From the human T2T-CHM13v2.0 reference genome, Homo sapiens, in NCBI RefSeq assembly GCF_009914755.1, contig NC_060938.1: 64,000 bases of DNA, one strand, 5' to 3'. How positions within the stretch are numbered: position 1 is the stretch's first letter; each line of letters starts with the position of its first letter. Position numbers and translations under genes: made by a program. The notes under the pieces are model-generated. The model saw only the letters and a program-made list of their open reading frames with translations. It ran no database searches and had not been told where the DNA came from. Shown piece by piece: positions 25,596 through 38,944 of the stretch.

Positions 25596-25988
25596 GCAGG
25601 ACGGAAGAACTGATAAACCGTGATGGTAGCAGGTTGCCATCCATGCATTCATTGAATCAATGAACACCTATTTATCGGTCTACTAATGTAGACCTTAGAT
25701 ACACAGACATAATTGAGATTTAGTCTTAGTTCTCTACGAGCCACCTGTTTAGTAAGAAGACAGATCTCATCTGTGATATACAGCAGAATGTTCTAGAGTG
25801 CCAAGAAAGGCAATGAGCATGAACAGGAAGAAGTAAGTGATTACTTCAGCCTGGCAGAAAATCAGGGAGAATTTTGTGGGAAGAAGATGTACTGAGTGGA
25901 GCCCTGCAAGATAGGTAGAATTTGAATGAGTCTGTCGGGGAAAGCGCCCCAGGCCCAGCAGCTAGTGTGAGTCAAGACACCGAGGTAG

Positions 25989-26330
<342 letters not shown>

Positions 26331-29300
26331 TCTGAGAGCAGATTTATGACTGAGCTATCAGGTGTGAAAGTGAGGAGTGAGTTGGGAAGGTGGCTGGGGT
26401 TAGATCGTGTAGGAATTTGCATGTTAGACTGTGGAATTCACATTTTATTTTGTAGATAATGAGAATGCCCTGAAGGTTTTTGAGCAAGAAAGTGACATAA
26501 ATGAGGGCTTCCAAAAAGGCAGCCAAAGGACTAGATGTTAACTACTGATGTGTTTTGTTTAGTTAAGATGGTATGTTTCACATAAAAAATGTCTATCTTG
26601 GCTTCTCTTTTAAAAAGTTGGAGGATCTGGTGGCACTGGCCTGCTTCCTTATTGCCACCCACAATGTCTGAAACGGAGTAGCAGCATGTCCTTTTAGGAC
26701 ACACACATGCAATTTCAGTTTGCCACAGTCTATGCCATTCCTAATTGCCTTCTACAAACCTATTTTATTTCATTTTATACCCTGTTTGGGCTCTGTTGGG
26801 ATAAAATTTGTGAGCTCTGACATAAATTATCAGACTGTTTTTCTGAAGTTGGACCTGATATACTTGCAGGCAGGTTTGCATAGGGGAGGCGGGAGAATGC
26901 TATTGAAATCTCTAATCTCTGGTGCAGTTCTCATTTTAGTTACATTGTATTCCCACCACAGTAGAAAATAGCAATATTCAGACTGGGATGAATGACTTTA
27001 GTATCCCTCTTTCCAGGGAATATTCTCACAAGAATACATGCAAAACACATTGCTTACAGTAGATTATTGATAAAAGTTGAGCAACTTGAGTAGTTCAGCT
27101 AAACATTGGTGAGATTAGAGTTAGATCGGTCACCATGATGAAAAGACACATGTAGAAAAGGCTGTAGCTAAGAAATAGAATTGACAGGCTTGCAACTACT
27201 CGAGTGGTTGATATTAATGAAAGAAATAACTCTCCTAATGACTTTATAACAAAATTTTAGCCCTACACAATCTCATGAGATATGTGCTACTATTCCCACT
27301 TTATAGTTGAGGCAAGGGAGAGAGCTTAGCTTTAAGCTGATGCAGTATGTTAAGAGACGGAAAATAGTCCTGTGACAAGAGAAAATGAATTCAGATTTGA
27401 ACATATTGAGCTATATGGAAATTTCCAGCAGGAAAGTCAGAAATTCAGTTCTGGAGTTCAGGAGAAAGGTCAAGGCCAGAGCAGTATTGTTATATAAAAG
27501 TTAAAAAATCAGTTTGTGGAATAAATTCATTGACTTGGAAAAAGTATATAAAAACAGAAGAGGGGGCAGGATGGAATTATTGGGAAAATGTGCTCTTAGG
27601 GATTGGGAAGAAGGCAAGACACAGAGCTAGAGTTTAGAAGCTTCTGGTGCTACTGCAGGGAACTGGCCACTGGATGTTTGACTGGGACATCCCAAGAGAA
27701 CAGTCACAGCAGTGTAATTGGGAAGGACACCAACTTGTAAGGGCTCGGGAGTCAGGACCATTCTATCGTGGTGTTTTTTTGTGCAGAGTTGATGAGAAGA
27801 TGGTATGTTAAAGATTTCACAATGGAGGAGACAAGCATAGACCAAAGGCACAAGGAAAGGGGGGCTTTTGTTGATGGAACAAGGTACTGGAAGCAGCAGG
27901 AGGAGAAGGGGATGAAAGGTTCTAGAACAGGAGTCCTCCTCACTGTGGACGGCTATTACAGTTGGGCATGTAGAGATCCAAAATAACTTAGACAAGGAAG
28001 GAGGGGAAAGTGAAATTATTTTGAGTGGCATAGTCCTGATCTTAGCAAAGTAGAAAATTACATCGTTTGCCAAAAGTAAGGGATTTGCCAAAAGATGCTC
28101 GGGAGAATGGTAAAGGTCTGGCGCAGGGGCTACACCAAGTTGACTGAGCATCTACTGAGATGGTATATCAGGCAGGGCCCAGGCAGGACAAGGAAACCAC
28201 GCCAGTTGTGTAAACAGGAAGATTTTAATATAAGGAATTGTAAATTAGTAAAAAGTAGTTAACCTTTAAGGAGCCCAGAAGCAGCAGGCGCAATGTTCAC
28301 AGAGTCCAGGTCCAGCATAACACAGCAGGGCAAAGAAGGGCAGATCTGAAACTGGGAATGGTAAACTGAGAACCGGCATAAATGAATAAAAAGGTCACCC
28401 AATACCGGAAGTAACTTTGCAGCTTAGAAATCCATTATTTCTTCTTTTTTCCCAGATTTAGAATCCCAGAGAAAAGGAAGGCCCTGAAAAGTCAGGGAAG
28501 ATGTATGGCTGCAGAAGTTGAATGGGAGCAGCAGAAGAACCTGCCGATAACAGATAAGAAACAGGACAAGAAGAAGCAGGTTTGTTTATTTATTTATTTG
28601 TCTTGGGGAATTAAGTGCCCTCTGATGGCTGCTTTCTGCCTTCCAGAGGCTGGAGAAACTTAGCGGCGGGAGAGGCTGGCGGCTGGAGACCTGCAGAGTG
28701 CAGACCCGGAAAGGGGCTGAGTCAGGAGGGCAGGCACAGGCAATTCGAAGCCTGAAAAATGTGATGGCTTCAAATATTTTGCCTTCTAAAATGTGGTCTC
28801 AATTCATCCTCCCATTCAATAGCATTTGATTGTCAAGTGTAATCAAGCTTTTGAAAGCTACCTTTTACAAAATTTGCATTTCTCTATGAGTGAGGCTGAA
28901 TATCGTTTCATATGTTTAGTTACTTGGGTTTTTTTTTTTTTTTTTTTCTGTAACTCCCATTTGTGCCCCTTCTGCATGGGGGCTTTAGCATAGGGCAGGT
29001 TTTTTCATTTAGAAAGAATCTATTATGTGCCTGATAAACCTTAGCAGCCTGGTGAACAAAATGGACATGGTTCCTGGCCTCTCAGAGCTGAATGTATCAC
29101 GGGCAAGACAATAAAGAAGTAGACAAATGTACAAACACACATTTCCTTAGGTTCTGTGGAAAGAAAGAAGGGCAGGTCATGAGAAGGGAAAGCCATGAGG
29201 TCTACTTTAGATGTGGTGGTCAGGGGAAGCCTTTCTGAGGAGACATTTAAGTGGAGACGTGATAGTCCAGAAATGATCAGCCGTGTGAAGAGTCAGGGAA

Positions 29301-29552
29301 AGAGTCTTCCTCACACAGTCACAGCTGTGTGAAGGTTTTCAGGTGTGAAAGTCTCGCATGTTTGGAGAACTGAAAGATGGCCAGGCCAGGTAAGGCCTAG
29401 TGGGTAATGGGATGGTGTTTGTTTACGGTCCTGATTGAACTCAGGGGCGTGTGAGGGGCATGGATATCTCTCTCTAGGCCTAAGCAAACCTGAGAACTAT
29501 AATTTAAGGCTTTTTTTTTTCTAAAGAAAACCCCACGATAAAAAATTAGGCG

Positions 29553-29944
<392 letters not shown>

Positions 29945-31433
29945 TCATCTGTTGACAGACTGTTGGATGGGTTTGAATGGCTTCCAAAGTAGATTCAGCA
30001 CTTTCTCCTCCTTCCCCTTTCCTGCCGCTCATGCTTTGTAAGGATAATGTTCGTTAGAGCTCCCATCTACCCCTCATGTGGAAACCTCAGCCTCTTTCTG
30101 CCTTCCTTCCCCTCATCCCACCTCAGCAGAGAGGAATTGAACAAAGAGAGAAGCAGGACAGGGAACTGCAGGAAGCCTGGTTGGGGCGGGGGGCCACTGG
30201 TTCGCACTCCTTCCACCTGTGGTGTCCACATCCAGCAGATTGGGCGGGTGGTAGGTGCACAAGGGCAACCTTACGTAGGGAGGGTGGCTCAGCCACCATG
30301 GAGGGTCATGGGGGAGCCAGAGGGCAGAAACATGAAGTAGACGGCTTAGACCAGCTCAGCATTAGACTGAGGGGAGACAGTTACGCCTTCTTCCCGTCCT
30401 TCCTTCTGCTGTTTCCACAGGGAAAGTGAGGCCAGGCTGGGCAACCCCACAGGGCAGCAGAGAGCTGGCAGCTGGGTCTTCCCTAGTCAGGATGACAGTG
30501 CTGCTCTCAGGGAGTGGTGTTGAGGTGAGCCGAGTTTTACCTGAAAGGATGGCCTTGGATCGCATCTTTCCATGCGTATCCTGTCTCCCTGGGATAACTG
30601 AGTCACCATTACTTCCACTTTTACCCAGTGAATTCCCAAAACTTTGGCCATTGCTGTGGCCCCTCTATGTGACTCTTACATTAGGTGACCAGATGTAAGG
30701 ACCTGAGTGTGCCTCACTTCAGTCCCCATGCTGGGGGAGAGGATGTCCACTCTCCCTGGCTGCTTTCTAAAATTTTGTTGTTTTTGATAACTGTTCCCAA
30801 GTGGGTAGAGATCAGTTTCTCCAACAGTATGTCAGACTCTGAAGAGTTGTCAGTGGCCCTGGGGTGGACTGTGTACAGGCTGACAGTCTGGCACCACACT
30901 CTCCCTCAACCCCTGGAACGCTCTGAATCTCCCCCTCCCCGGGGTGGTCTCCAGTCCAGCTGTCTCTTTCCCCGAGCAGGTTGGAACTGTCTTCTACTAT
31001 TGCCTTTGTTCTACTTCCCATGCTGGCAAATAGAGTCCAAGTGTCATGAGGTTTTTTTCCTTTGAGGGGGAGAAGGAAGTTATGATACCATCTAGTACTT
31101 CAGGGATGAGCTTGTAGGGGAAGGGGTGGTGGTAGATAAGGGAATCCTCTAAATGTTGAGTGGGACCAGTGAAAGATGCAGGTTTTAGTGAGTAATACAC
31201 ACCTCCTCAGCACTTTGGACTTCCCAGAGCTCTTTCACATTCCACAACCCACTTCACTCACCAGGCCTCTGAGGCAGGCAGGGTGGGGACGATTTTCCTG
31301 TGCAACACAAAGATCCAAATACAGATTAAACTGTATCATTTGCTTAAGAACACAAAGCTAGTGACAAAGCCAGGAGGCTCTCTGCTAGAAAGGATCCTAG
31401 CTAATTTACTTTTACAAAAAGAAATTTGCAAAC

Positions 31434-31503
31434 TGGCTGCAATGGCTCATGCCTATAATCCCAGCACTTTGGGATGGGAAGCAGGAGGATCACTTGAGGC
31501 CAG
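31434..31503 (+). mobile_element. Alu left-monomer/FLAM fragment
   Basis: ggctcatgcctataatcccagcactttggga...ggatcacttgaggccagg. Confidence 0.85.
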
Positions 31504-32409
31504 GCAGGAGCGTAATGCACAGTGCAATATATAGAGGAGTAGAGTTTGAGATTTTGGTTGGGGCAGCTCCACTGTTATAAGTAGCATGATCCCCCCTTGC
31601 TTGGACTGTCCTTTACAAATGACCTAATAATAATGTTGGTCATTAATAGCATCATGGCAAATATGGGAGAACATGGTATGCTGACAACATAGTATTTCTG
31701 AGACCTTCCTTTTAGCTGAACGCCTCAAGATGCTTCCAGAAAAGGTACGTTATTACAAATTTACACATTAGTGAGATGTTAGTTACTTCCTTTTTTCTCT
31801 TAGAGCTATTTTCATTCTAGACCCAGGTTCAGTTTGTGGAGTAAATGGTTCTCTTTAAATTACTGTCAACTTAAGTCATTTGGGAGTGGCTTATTTTTGA
31901 GAAAGGCCTTCCCAGCATCTTTGGAATCACACCAATATATCTGTAGAACAACCTTAAACATTGTTTTTCAAGGGGAGTATGAATTATTGTCCAAAGGACA
32001 TGTCACATCATCTCCCAGATCATAAAACCATTCATTTCCATCCCCATAGTTGATGACAGACATGGAGGCCAATTTGTCTCACTTCTCTCTTTTGCGAATT
32101 TAGCCTTTTTGGAATTTTTTCCAGAAAGTGCCCAACACTGGGCGCCTGTAGTCCAGGAGTCTCTCCTTTATCCCAGAGCTGGTATCTATGGAATGTCAAG
32201 GGGTCTTCATCCCTGGGCCATAAAAATGAGTGCGTCTCGGTACAATAATGTCTGCCCCGTGTGCCCTGTGCTTACGTGAATTTAAGGAGGGTTTGTCTGT
32301 TCTACCAGCCAGCAGCACAGTGCGGCAGGCATCCAGGCCTGTAAAGTTTACTGCTTTGTTCTGGGTCCGTTACAGGGAAGTAGCCCACTGCCAAGCTGAC
32401 ATACATGGA

Positions 32410-32565
32410 GCCCTTATGTGGCAGGCACGGGGCTAAAGGTTTTACATTCATTATTTCATCAGTCCTTACAATGATCACCCCCATTTGAAAGAAAACAGGC
32501 ACAGAGAGAGTCAGTAACGTTCTCAAGGCCTCACACGTGGTAAAATTGGAGCTGGATTTCACAGC
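32410..32565 (-). mobile_element. MIR SINE
   Basis: ccccatttgaaagaaaacaggcacagagagagtcagtaacgttctcaaggcctcaca. Confidence 0.7.
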
Positions 32566-33629
32566 AGGGCAGGGGAACCTAGGTCTTCATCCTAAATACA
32601 ATGCAATGCTGCCTCCAGGAAATCACCGCAAGGGGGCTCCCTGTCCTCGTCCATGCCTGTTAAAAGGAGATGTGTTTTATTTTTCCACTCCAGGAGGTGC
32701 CAGGTAGGGCACAATTCATACATTCTTATTTTCCTTCTGTTCAAATGCCAAGGCTCCTTCAGTATTGGAAAGTTTCGGACCAATGTAAATGTGTTTGCCA
32801 GTATTAGTCACTGTATCTCCAGGTCTAAAAACACAAAACATCCCCTGAAAGAAGCCACTGTACTATGAATAAAATGACATGTTTAATAGTAGAAACCGGA
32901 TTTACCTTCCTGGGGCAGTAAAACAAAGGAATTGTTTTAAGGAAAGCTAACAGAACGCTTGAGGCTTCAATCACTAAGGATGCAGTGTTACAATTAAGGG
33001 ATTTTCTTCAGATACTATGGATCATCCAAGCCATGTTTTAAATCGCAGGGTTAAGCTCAGAGAACCCAAGGGCTCATTTTTCTTCTTTCCATGTCATCTG
33101 ACAAAGTGGCAAAGCAATTGTGATACAATGTTGTGGGACAAAGGCTCCATATCTAAGGTTGACAAGTGACACCTGGGACTTGCAGGGCTAGAAATTCCTG
33201 TCCAGCTCTTGACACATATAAGTCTGGATGTGTGATGAGGCCGGGAGCCATAGAAACAGGCATCCTTGGGTTGGCTGAGTATGCAAAAGACAGGAAAATA
33301 ATGTACAAAAATATCTTCACTTTTTCTGAGAAAATCAGTAGCATTTAAAACGTCTAACAGACAAAATGTGAGAGCAATAATAATACACATCGGCAAACAA
33401 CTCAGCATCACGTAGGTCTGTCCATTAGTCCCTGTGTGCTGAAGGAGGCAAGGCAGCTTTGCCTCATCCAACTATGTCCATCAGTGGCCAGTGAGATGGA
33501 CCACGGGAGCAGACACTGTTATGCCCAGGGTCATGACTTATGAGCAGAAAGAAGAAAATGTAGCAGAAAACTTTAGGGGAGGGAGAGAGATGGGAAGTGA
33601 AAGTACAACTCTGGAAATCCTGATGAGGA

Positions 33630-33724
33630 TTCCAGATGAGGCTCAAGGGAGAATTCCAGATGAGGCTCAAGGGAGAATTCCAGATGAGGCTCAAGGAAGG
33701 TTCCAGATGAGGCTCAAGGGAGAA
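33630..33724. repeat. 24-bp minisatellite (TTCCAGATGAGGCTCAAGGGAGAA) x4
   Basis: Units 1, 2 and 4 are identical. Unit 3 (33678-33700) is a 23-bp variant. Confidence 0.97.
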
Positions 33725-33800
33725 AATAAAATGGGGGTTAAGGCAGGTTACACTATAGTAGTAATAGAGCTTAAATGCACATTATATTTAATTTTCTTGA

Positions 33801-34103
<303 letters not shown>

Positions 34104-35679
34104 TAAAATCTAGTAAATATCTGGGGAAGCCAGGTGCCCGGTCATCCCAGACCTGCTGGAATTTTTTTTTTTTCTTTAGAAAACACAACATGACCAAGGA
34201 CATCAAAATGGCAAGTTTGGGAGTAAATGTATATTTCTAAAAACTCCCCAATTGGTTGTGGCAGGCAGCCAGGGTGGAGGAACTGCTCTAAGAAGCCACT
34301 GTAAACCAACACTTTATTTATGGGTAATGCCTTAGGGAGAGCTAAAGCAGGATTTAAGAAGGGCCAGGAAGCAAGGAGAAGGACATGGACAGGAGAAAGA
34401 AGACTGTTCAAAAGGTTGGGGCGAAGGTATAAATGAAGGCAAATTTAGCATCAGCTTGGCTTGGTTACACAAAACCATTTTAGATGTATTTTCTAGATTT
34501 TAAGAAAGCAAACCACAAGAAAACCCGTCCTTTGCACCATCTTGTTAAAGAGGACTGTTAGTTAGCGCATTCACATTTAGAGAACATGAGACTTGCCTTG
34601 TGGGTGGGATGTGTCCTTTTTCCATGTCTCTTACATCTTTGCTTATCTTCATGCTCTGATAATGGTCCACCTGTGGCACTGCCACAATTTCACTGGCACT
34701 AGGAAGTACTGTCCCCTGCCCACCCATGCCAAGATAGGCAGGAAGTTGGCATAAAGTGACTCAGGGGGCTATGCAGGAGCAGCGCACAGCTCTCTTCTCC
34801 ATGCCTGCCGAGCGTGCTTATGTGAACATGCATACGTACATCCGGCTACCACACAAGTTAGCCTATGAAAGGCACACAGAATGGGTGGCAACAGAAAACA
34901 ATACTCAGACATTTGCATCTTGAAATTTATTTCGGGTGTTTTCCACCATGCCTCCCCTTCTGTTCCCCCACATCTGCCCCAATCTGCTTGTTTAGGCAGA
35001 TGATTATGATAAGTCAATCGTTTTTCCTAAGCATGTTCTCATTGATGCAGGAGAAAGGCACCACTGCTTTTTTATATTAATCCTCTCATAAAATTTGAGA
35101 GTTGGTTGTGGTATAATCGCTAATAAAAATTACATTAAAAAAGGATAATCTTTGCAGGGCAATCAGCTTATAATTTAGTTCACAAGAGCAAGTGCCTTTA
35201 AATGCATAATTCACTTAAGGCTGGGTCCTCATCTACCCAAACATATCTCTGCTCGTTCTCCTCTGACAAGTGAAGACTGCAGGTCTCTCCTTTCCACCTG
35301 CCCTCCTCCCAGGAAATATCTCCAAGTCCCCCTTGCTTTACCGAGCATCCATGCCAACCCAGAGACAGCTGTTCTGCTGCAGTAGTCACCCAAATCACTT
35401 CCCTTGAAAACAAATGGGGCGGTGCAATATGTTGCATTTGCTTTTCCATAAAAATAAATTGACACAATACAAGCAGGTCTTCTTTCCCATTTAACAGGGC
35501 AAGAAACTAGTCTGCTGAATGAGGGCACATGCAATAAAATGAACTCAAATGGAGTACATCACTGATATCAGCAGAAAGGTAATTATTAATCAGCTTAATT
35601 GCTTCACCCAGGAGAAGGAAAAAAAAAAAAACTTGCTGAATAGATGCCCATTGTCTAAATTAAGGTTAGCTCTTTAGTC

Positions 35680-35685
35680 TTTATT
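35680..35685 (-). terminator. Distal polyadenylation signal AAUAAA of STXBP6
   Basis: Minus strand reads UGUAAUAAA (a CFIm UGUA overlapping the hexamer). A U13 tract lies downstream (plus-strand A run 35619-35631). An ATTAAA variant is at 35881-35886. Confidence 0.7.
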
Positions 35686-37068
35686 ACATTCCAAGCTTTT
35701 CCATTAGAACATATGTAATGACATTTTATCATCATGCTAATACTAGTTCTGAGGTTTCCCCTTAGGCACATAAGATTTTCCTATTAGCATAAAAAATGTG
35801 GTGACATGTACTTATTTGGTAGTGTTTTATAGAGTTCATAAATAACTGCAAGAAACAAATTTCATCACAGAGTTAAAATATTTAATGACAAAATTAGGGT
35901 TTGTTGTAATAGTGAATCAATAGAGCAGGTGTTACTTATCTCTGAATTAAACAAAAATTATATTTGACATCTCAGAGAACTTCTGAAGAATAACTGTATG
36001 ACAGACATCAGTAGTGTCACAATTTCTAAAATTAAGAGCTAAACCTATCTTTAATGCCCCTTATTTAGAGCATCCTGTAAATAATTTTAAATAGATGCAC
36101 AACCTTTGCTAGCCACAAAAGTAGTATTAAAACAGTTTTCACTGTAACTTAAGTCTAACACGTAATCTGAACTTCTTCAGAGCTTGAAAAAAGGTAACTA
36201 CTGATCATGTTACATTTTACAAATACATTCTTTAATATGAAACATTAACCTGAATAACTGCATACTTTCTGTACACAGGTATCTAATAATACTAGTGAGA
36301 AATACTACAGCTATATTCCAGGAAGAAGTGGTAATACTGGAAAGTTTCTTTCCTTTTTGAGTTGTCTATACAATAAGTCCTTCACAGAAATATAGTATCC
36401 CAAAATTCATAGAGAAGTGCAGAAATGAAACAAATGAAATGTCTTCTGACAAGCTCAACCAAACTGGTCCCAAATCATGACAGTTATTTTGTCTAAGACC
36501 GTATTAATACTTTGCACTGCAGCACCTTCTACAAGAGGACAGCAAAGAACTTCACATGTGTTATCACTGGGCTCCTCTGCAAGAGGCTGGGAGGTAAAGG
36601 AGGGGCAGGGATTGCTGTTACGGCCCTCTCTGTTGTGGGGAGGCCTAGGTAGGACTTTGACACTGAGAGGTCAAAGGTATGAACGCAGCCTGGAAACTAA
36701 TCATTAGAGGGGGCTAATAAAGATTCGGATGGGCTTTCTTCTAATTCAGGCTATTTCCAATGAAACTTAGGTCTAAAAGGATAAGCAGAGAGTGAGGAAA
36801 GAGGGCAAGACATGGAATACTTATATTTATCAAGAGTAACTATTGTAATTCTACCAGGGAAGAAGAATCTTGGGTTTCACAGTATGCTTATGACCTCATC
36901 CTCAGCTACTTTGGAATCAGCTTCCCAAACATTGTTGTTAGAGAGTTGGCAACCACTTCTGTTCTTGAATTTGGCGGACTGTCAGGGGGTTTTAGATTTA
37001 TCCTTTCAATTATTTATACCAACTCTCTATCTCTGAAACCAGAATCCAATTTGGAAAGATAAATACAT

Positions 37069-37071
<3 letters not shown>

Positions 37072-37113
<42 letters not shown>
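37072..37113. repeat. (TG)21 microsatellite, read as (CA)21 in the STXBP6 3'UTR
   Basis: Direct reading of the sequence. Confidence 0.97.
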
Positions 37114-37114
<1 letters not shown>

Positions 37115-38472
37115 ATTCTGAACTGAGATCTGCAAACAAAATCTATTTGGAGTGATATTTGGGGCTTTTCCTAGAAATTAAAATAGCTTCCAACGGTACT
37201 CACCAAATGGCATGTTCCTCGCTTCTTTAAATTTTTAAGACACCAAAAAGAAAGTATAAAACATTATAGTTAACTTATACAGTTTATTAAATTTTATAGA
37301 GGGTTTTCTTGAATTGGATCATCTAAAAGGATTCTGAAATTTGTCTCCGACAAATCTCATCTCCCTTTTAATGTGCACCATCTGATATTTTTACCCCCAG
37401 TAGACAAACTTTCTCTCTCCTTGGGAATGCTTTATTAGGAGAACTTCAGCTATTTAAATCAGTATTAACAATCCAAAAGTCATCTTATGCTCCTATGTAA
37501 GAGGCTGCAATACATATCGACTCAATCAGCAAAATGGATAGGATGGAATAGATAGGGGTCCTGAAGATTCAGGCAGCTTAAAAATCAATGCGCTGCAGTG
37601 GTAGGCTTACAATGTGTCTGAGATGTGCAGCTTGTCTCCTAGTTTCACAAAAAAAGCACAGCTTTTTTTATGTTTAGCATTTTAACCCTCTAGGAAACAG
37701 AACTTCTAGACCCTAAGCCCCTTATTATCTTGAGTAATAGAAAATCACGAGGTGTGTGACCAACTGTATTGAAACTGACTGCAATGTAAAGGTTTGTGAT
37801 TGTGGTGTTTTATATCAGACCAGGCAAGGTGCAATTGCCATGAAATGCAATTTGTCAAGAAACTCACATATTAAATTACATTAAATAAATAGATAGCAAA
37901 AACAACATCAAAACCTCCAAAATCCAGATACCAAGAAACTAAAGGCCCTCTCCCAAGGACATTATGAAGGTGTCTCTAAAATAGGCATGACTGTAAAAAG
38001 ACAAGACAAACATTTTAAATGTACTACTTGTTCACATTATCATTGACACAGACCTTTACCTGGACAAATCAATTTTTTGATAAAAATATAAGCACTTTTC
38101 CATACCAGCGACCATCACTATGACAGTGACAAGAGAAACATCTGTGAGTACACAGAGGGTTTTAGGTAGGCTTTTCTTTAGGGCTTTACTCTCAAATTTT
38201 TACCCTTCATATGATAATTCCAAGTAAACACCCTGGATACAAGTAGCAAGAGTATTTAAACTGTAACTCAGGAAAGAGATTTCTATCTGCGATTCTGATT
38301 TTTTTTTTTTTTTGAACGCTGGTGATGGTTCATGCAAAAGATTACTATGCAAGGAGCAAAATCTAAGACTGCTGTTTTTCCCAATAAATTCAATTGTTTT
38401 CCACAATGTAGAATTTTAATCTTCAAATTAAGTGTAGCTAGGACAGTGAGTGAAACTAATCACTGCTTGACT

Positions 38473-38725
38473 TTTATTTTCATCTAGGAAAAATAACATC
38501 TGATGTCACCACATTAAAATGCCTTCCTGCTTAATATCAGAGAAAAAAATACATGTTGCCAGTTTAGACTCAGCGCAGTTTATCATTTGGTCCAAATTTC
38601 ATATTCAAACTACAAAAAATATTTTTTAATAAAGAAAACATATTCAAAACATACATATACACACATACACACAGTGGGAGGAGGCAAAAACCCAAAATGA
38701 AGCTGATGCTATTGTAGCATTTATT
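38473..38725 (-). terminator. Candidate proximal poly(A) signal cluster
   Basis: Minus-strand AATAAA at 38720-38725 and 38473-38478, and ATTAAA at 38625-38630. Usage cannot be shown from sequence alone. Confidence 0.4.
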
Positions 38726-38920
38726 AGCAAGATCATTAGGGAAATGTAAAAATGCAACACCCTTTCTTTCACATTAACATCTGAAAAGAAAAAACAAAAA
38801 CCACTCTAAGTGTCCAAATATTGGAAAAAAAGAAGCAAGCGGAGGTCCCGAATTCTTGTAAAAACTGCTGAACAAACTCTTCAGTTTCTCTTAAGAAGAG
38901 TCACCAGGATAGGCAGTTTC

Positions 38921-38944
38921 TCAACATTTGTGCTTCATGGCAAG
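38921..38944 (-). CDS. STXBP6: STXBP6 terminal coding exon (LAMKHKC*)
   Basis: Minus strand reads tcctctctctccttag|CTT GCC ATG AAG CAC AAA TGT TGA. It joins in frame to ...ETAHK, giving the amisyn C-terminus ...AHKLAMKHKC. Confidence 0.96.
   Translation of the reverse strand, partial: LAMKHKC

Larger units (their letters stand above)
35660..38920 (-). other. STXBP6: STXBP6 3'UTR (long form, ~3.2 kb; distal end approximate)
   Basis: AU-rich stretch after the stop codon with no recognisable interspersed repeats. It ends near an AATAAA (plus-strand TTTATT 35680-35685) followed by a U-rich element. Confidence 0.75.

Noticed and set aside
27627-28151. Longest ORF in the track (174 aa)
   Set aside because: No recognisable domain. 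It overlaps degenerate L2-like sequence, and its length is within the range expected by chance.
33630-33724. CRISPR-like array, or a coding repeat (RIPDEAQG)n in ORF 33491-33853
   Set aside because: The units are contiguous with no unique spacers, there are no cas genes, and the context is primate. The ORF runs into an Alu and has no splice or homology support.
38911-38923. Stop-codon readthrough of STXBP6
   Set aside because: The context is TGA GAAA, not the TGA CTAG readthrough motif.
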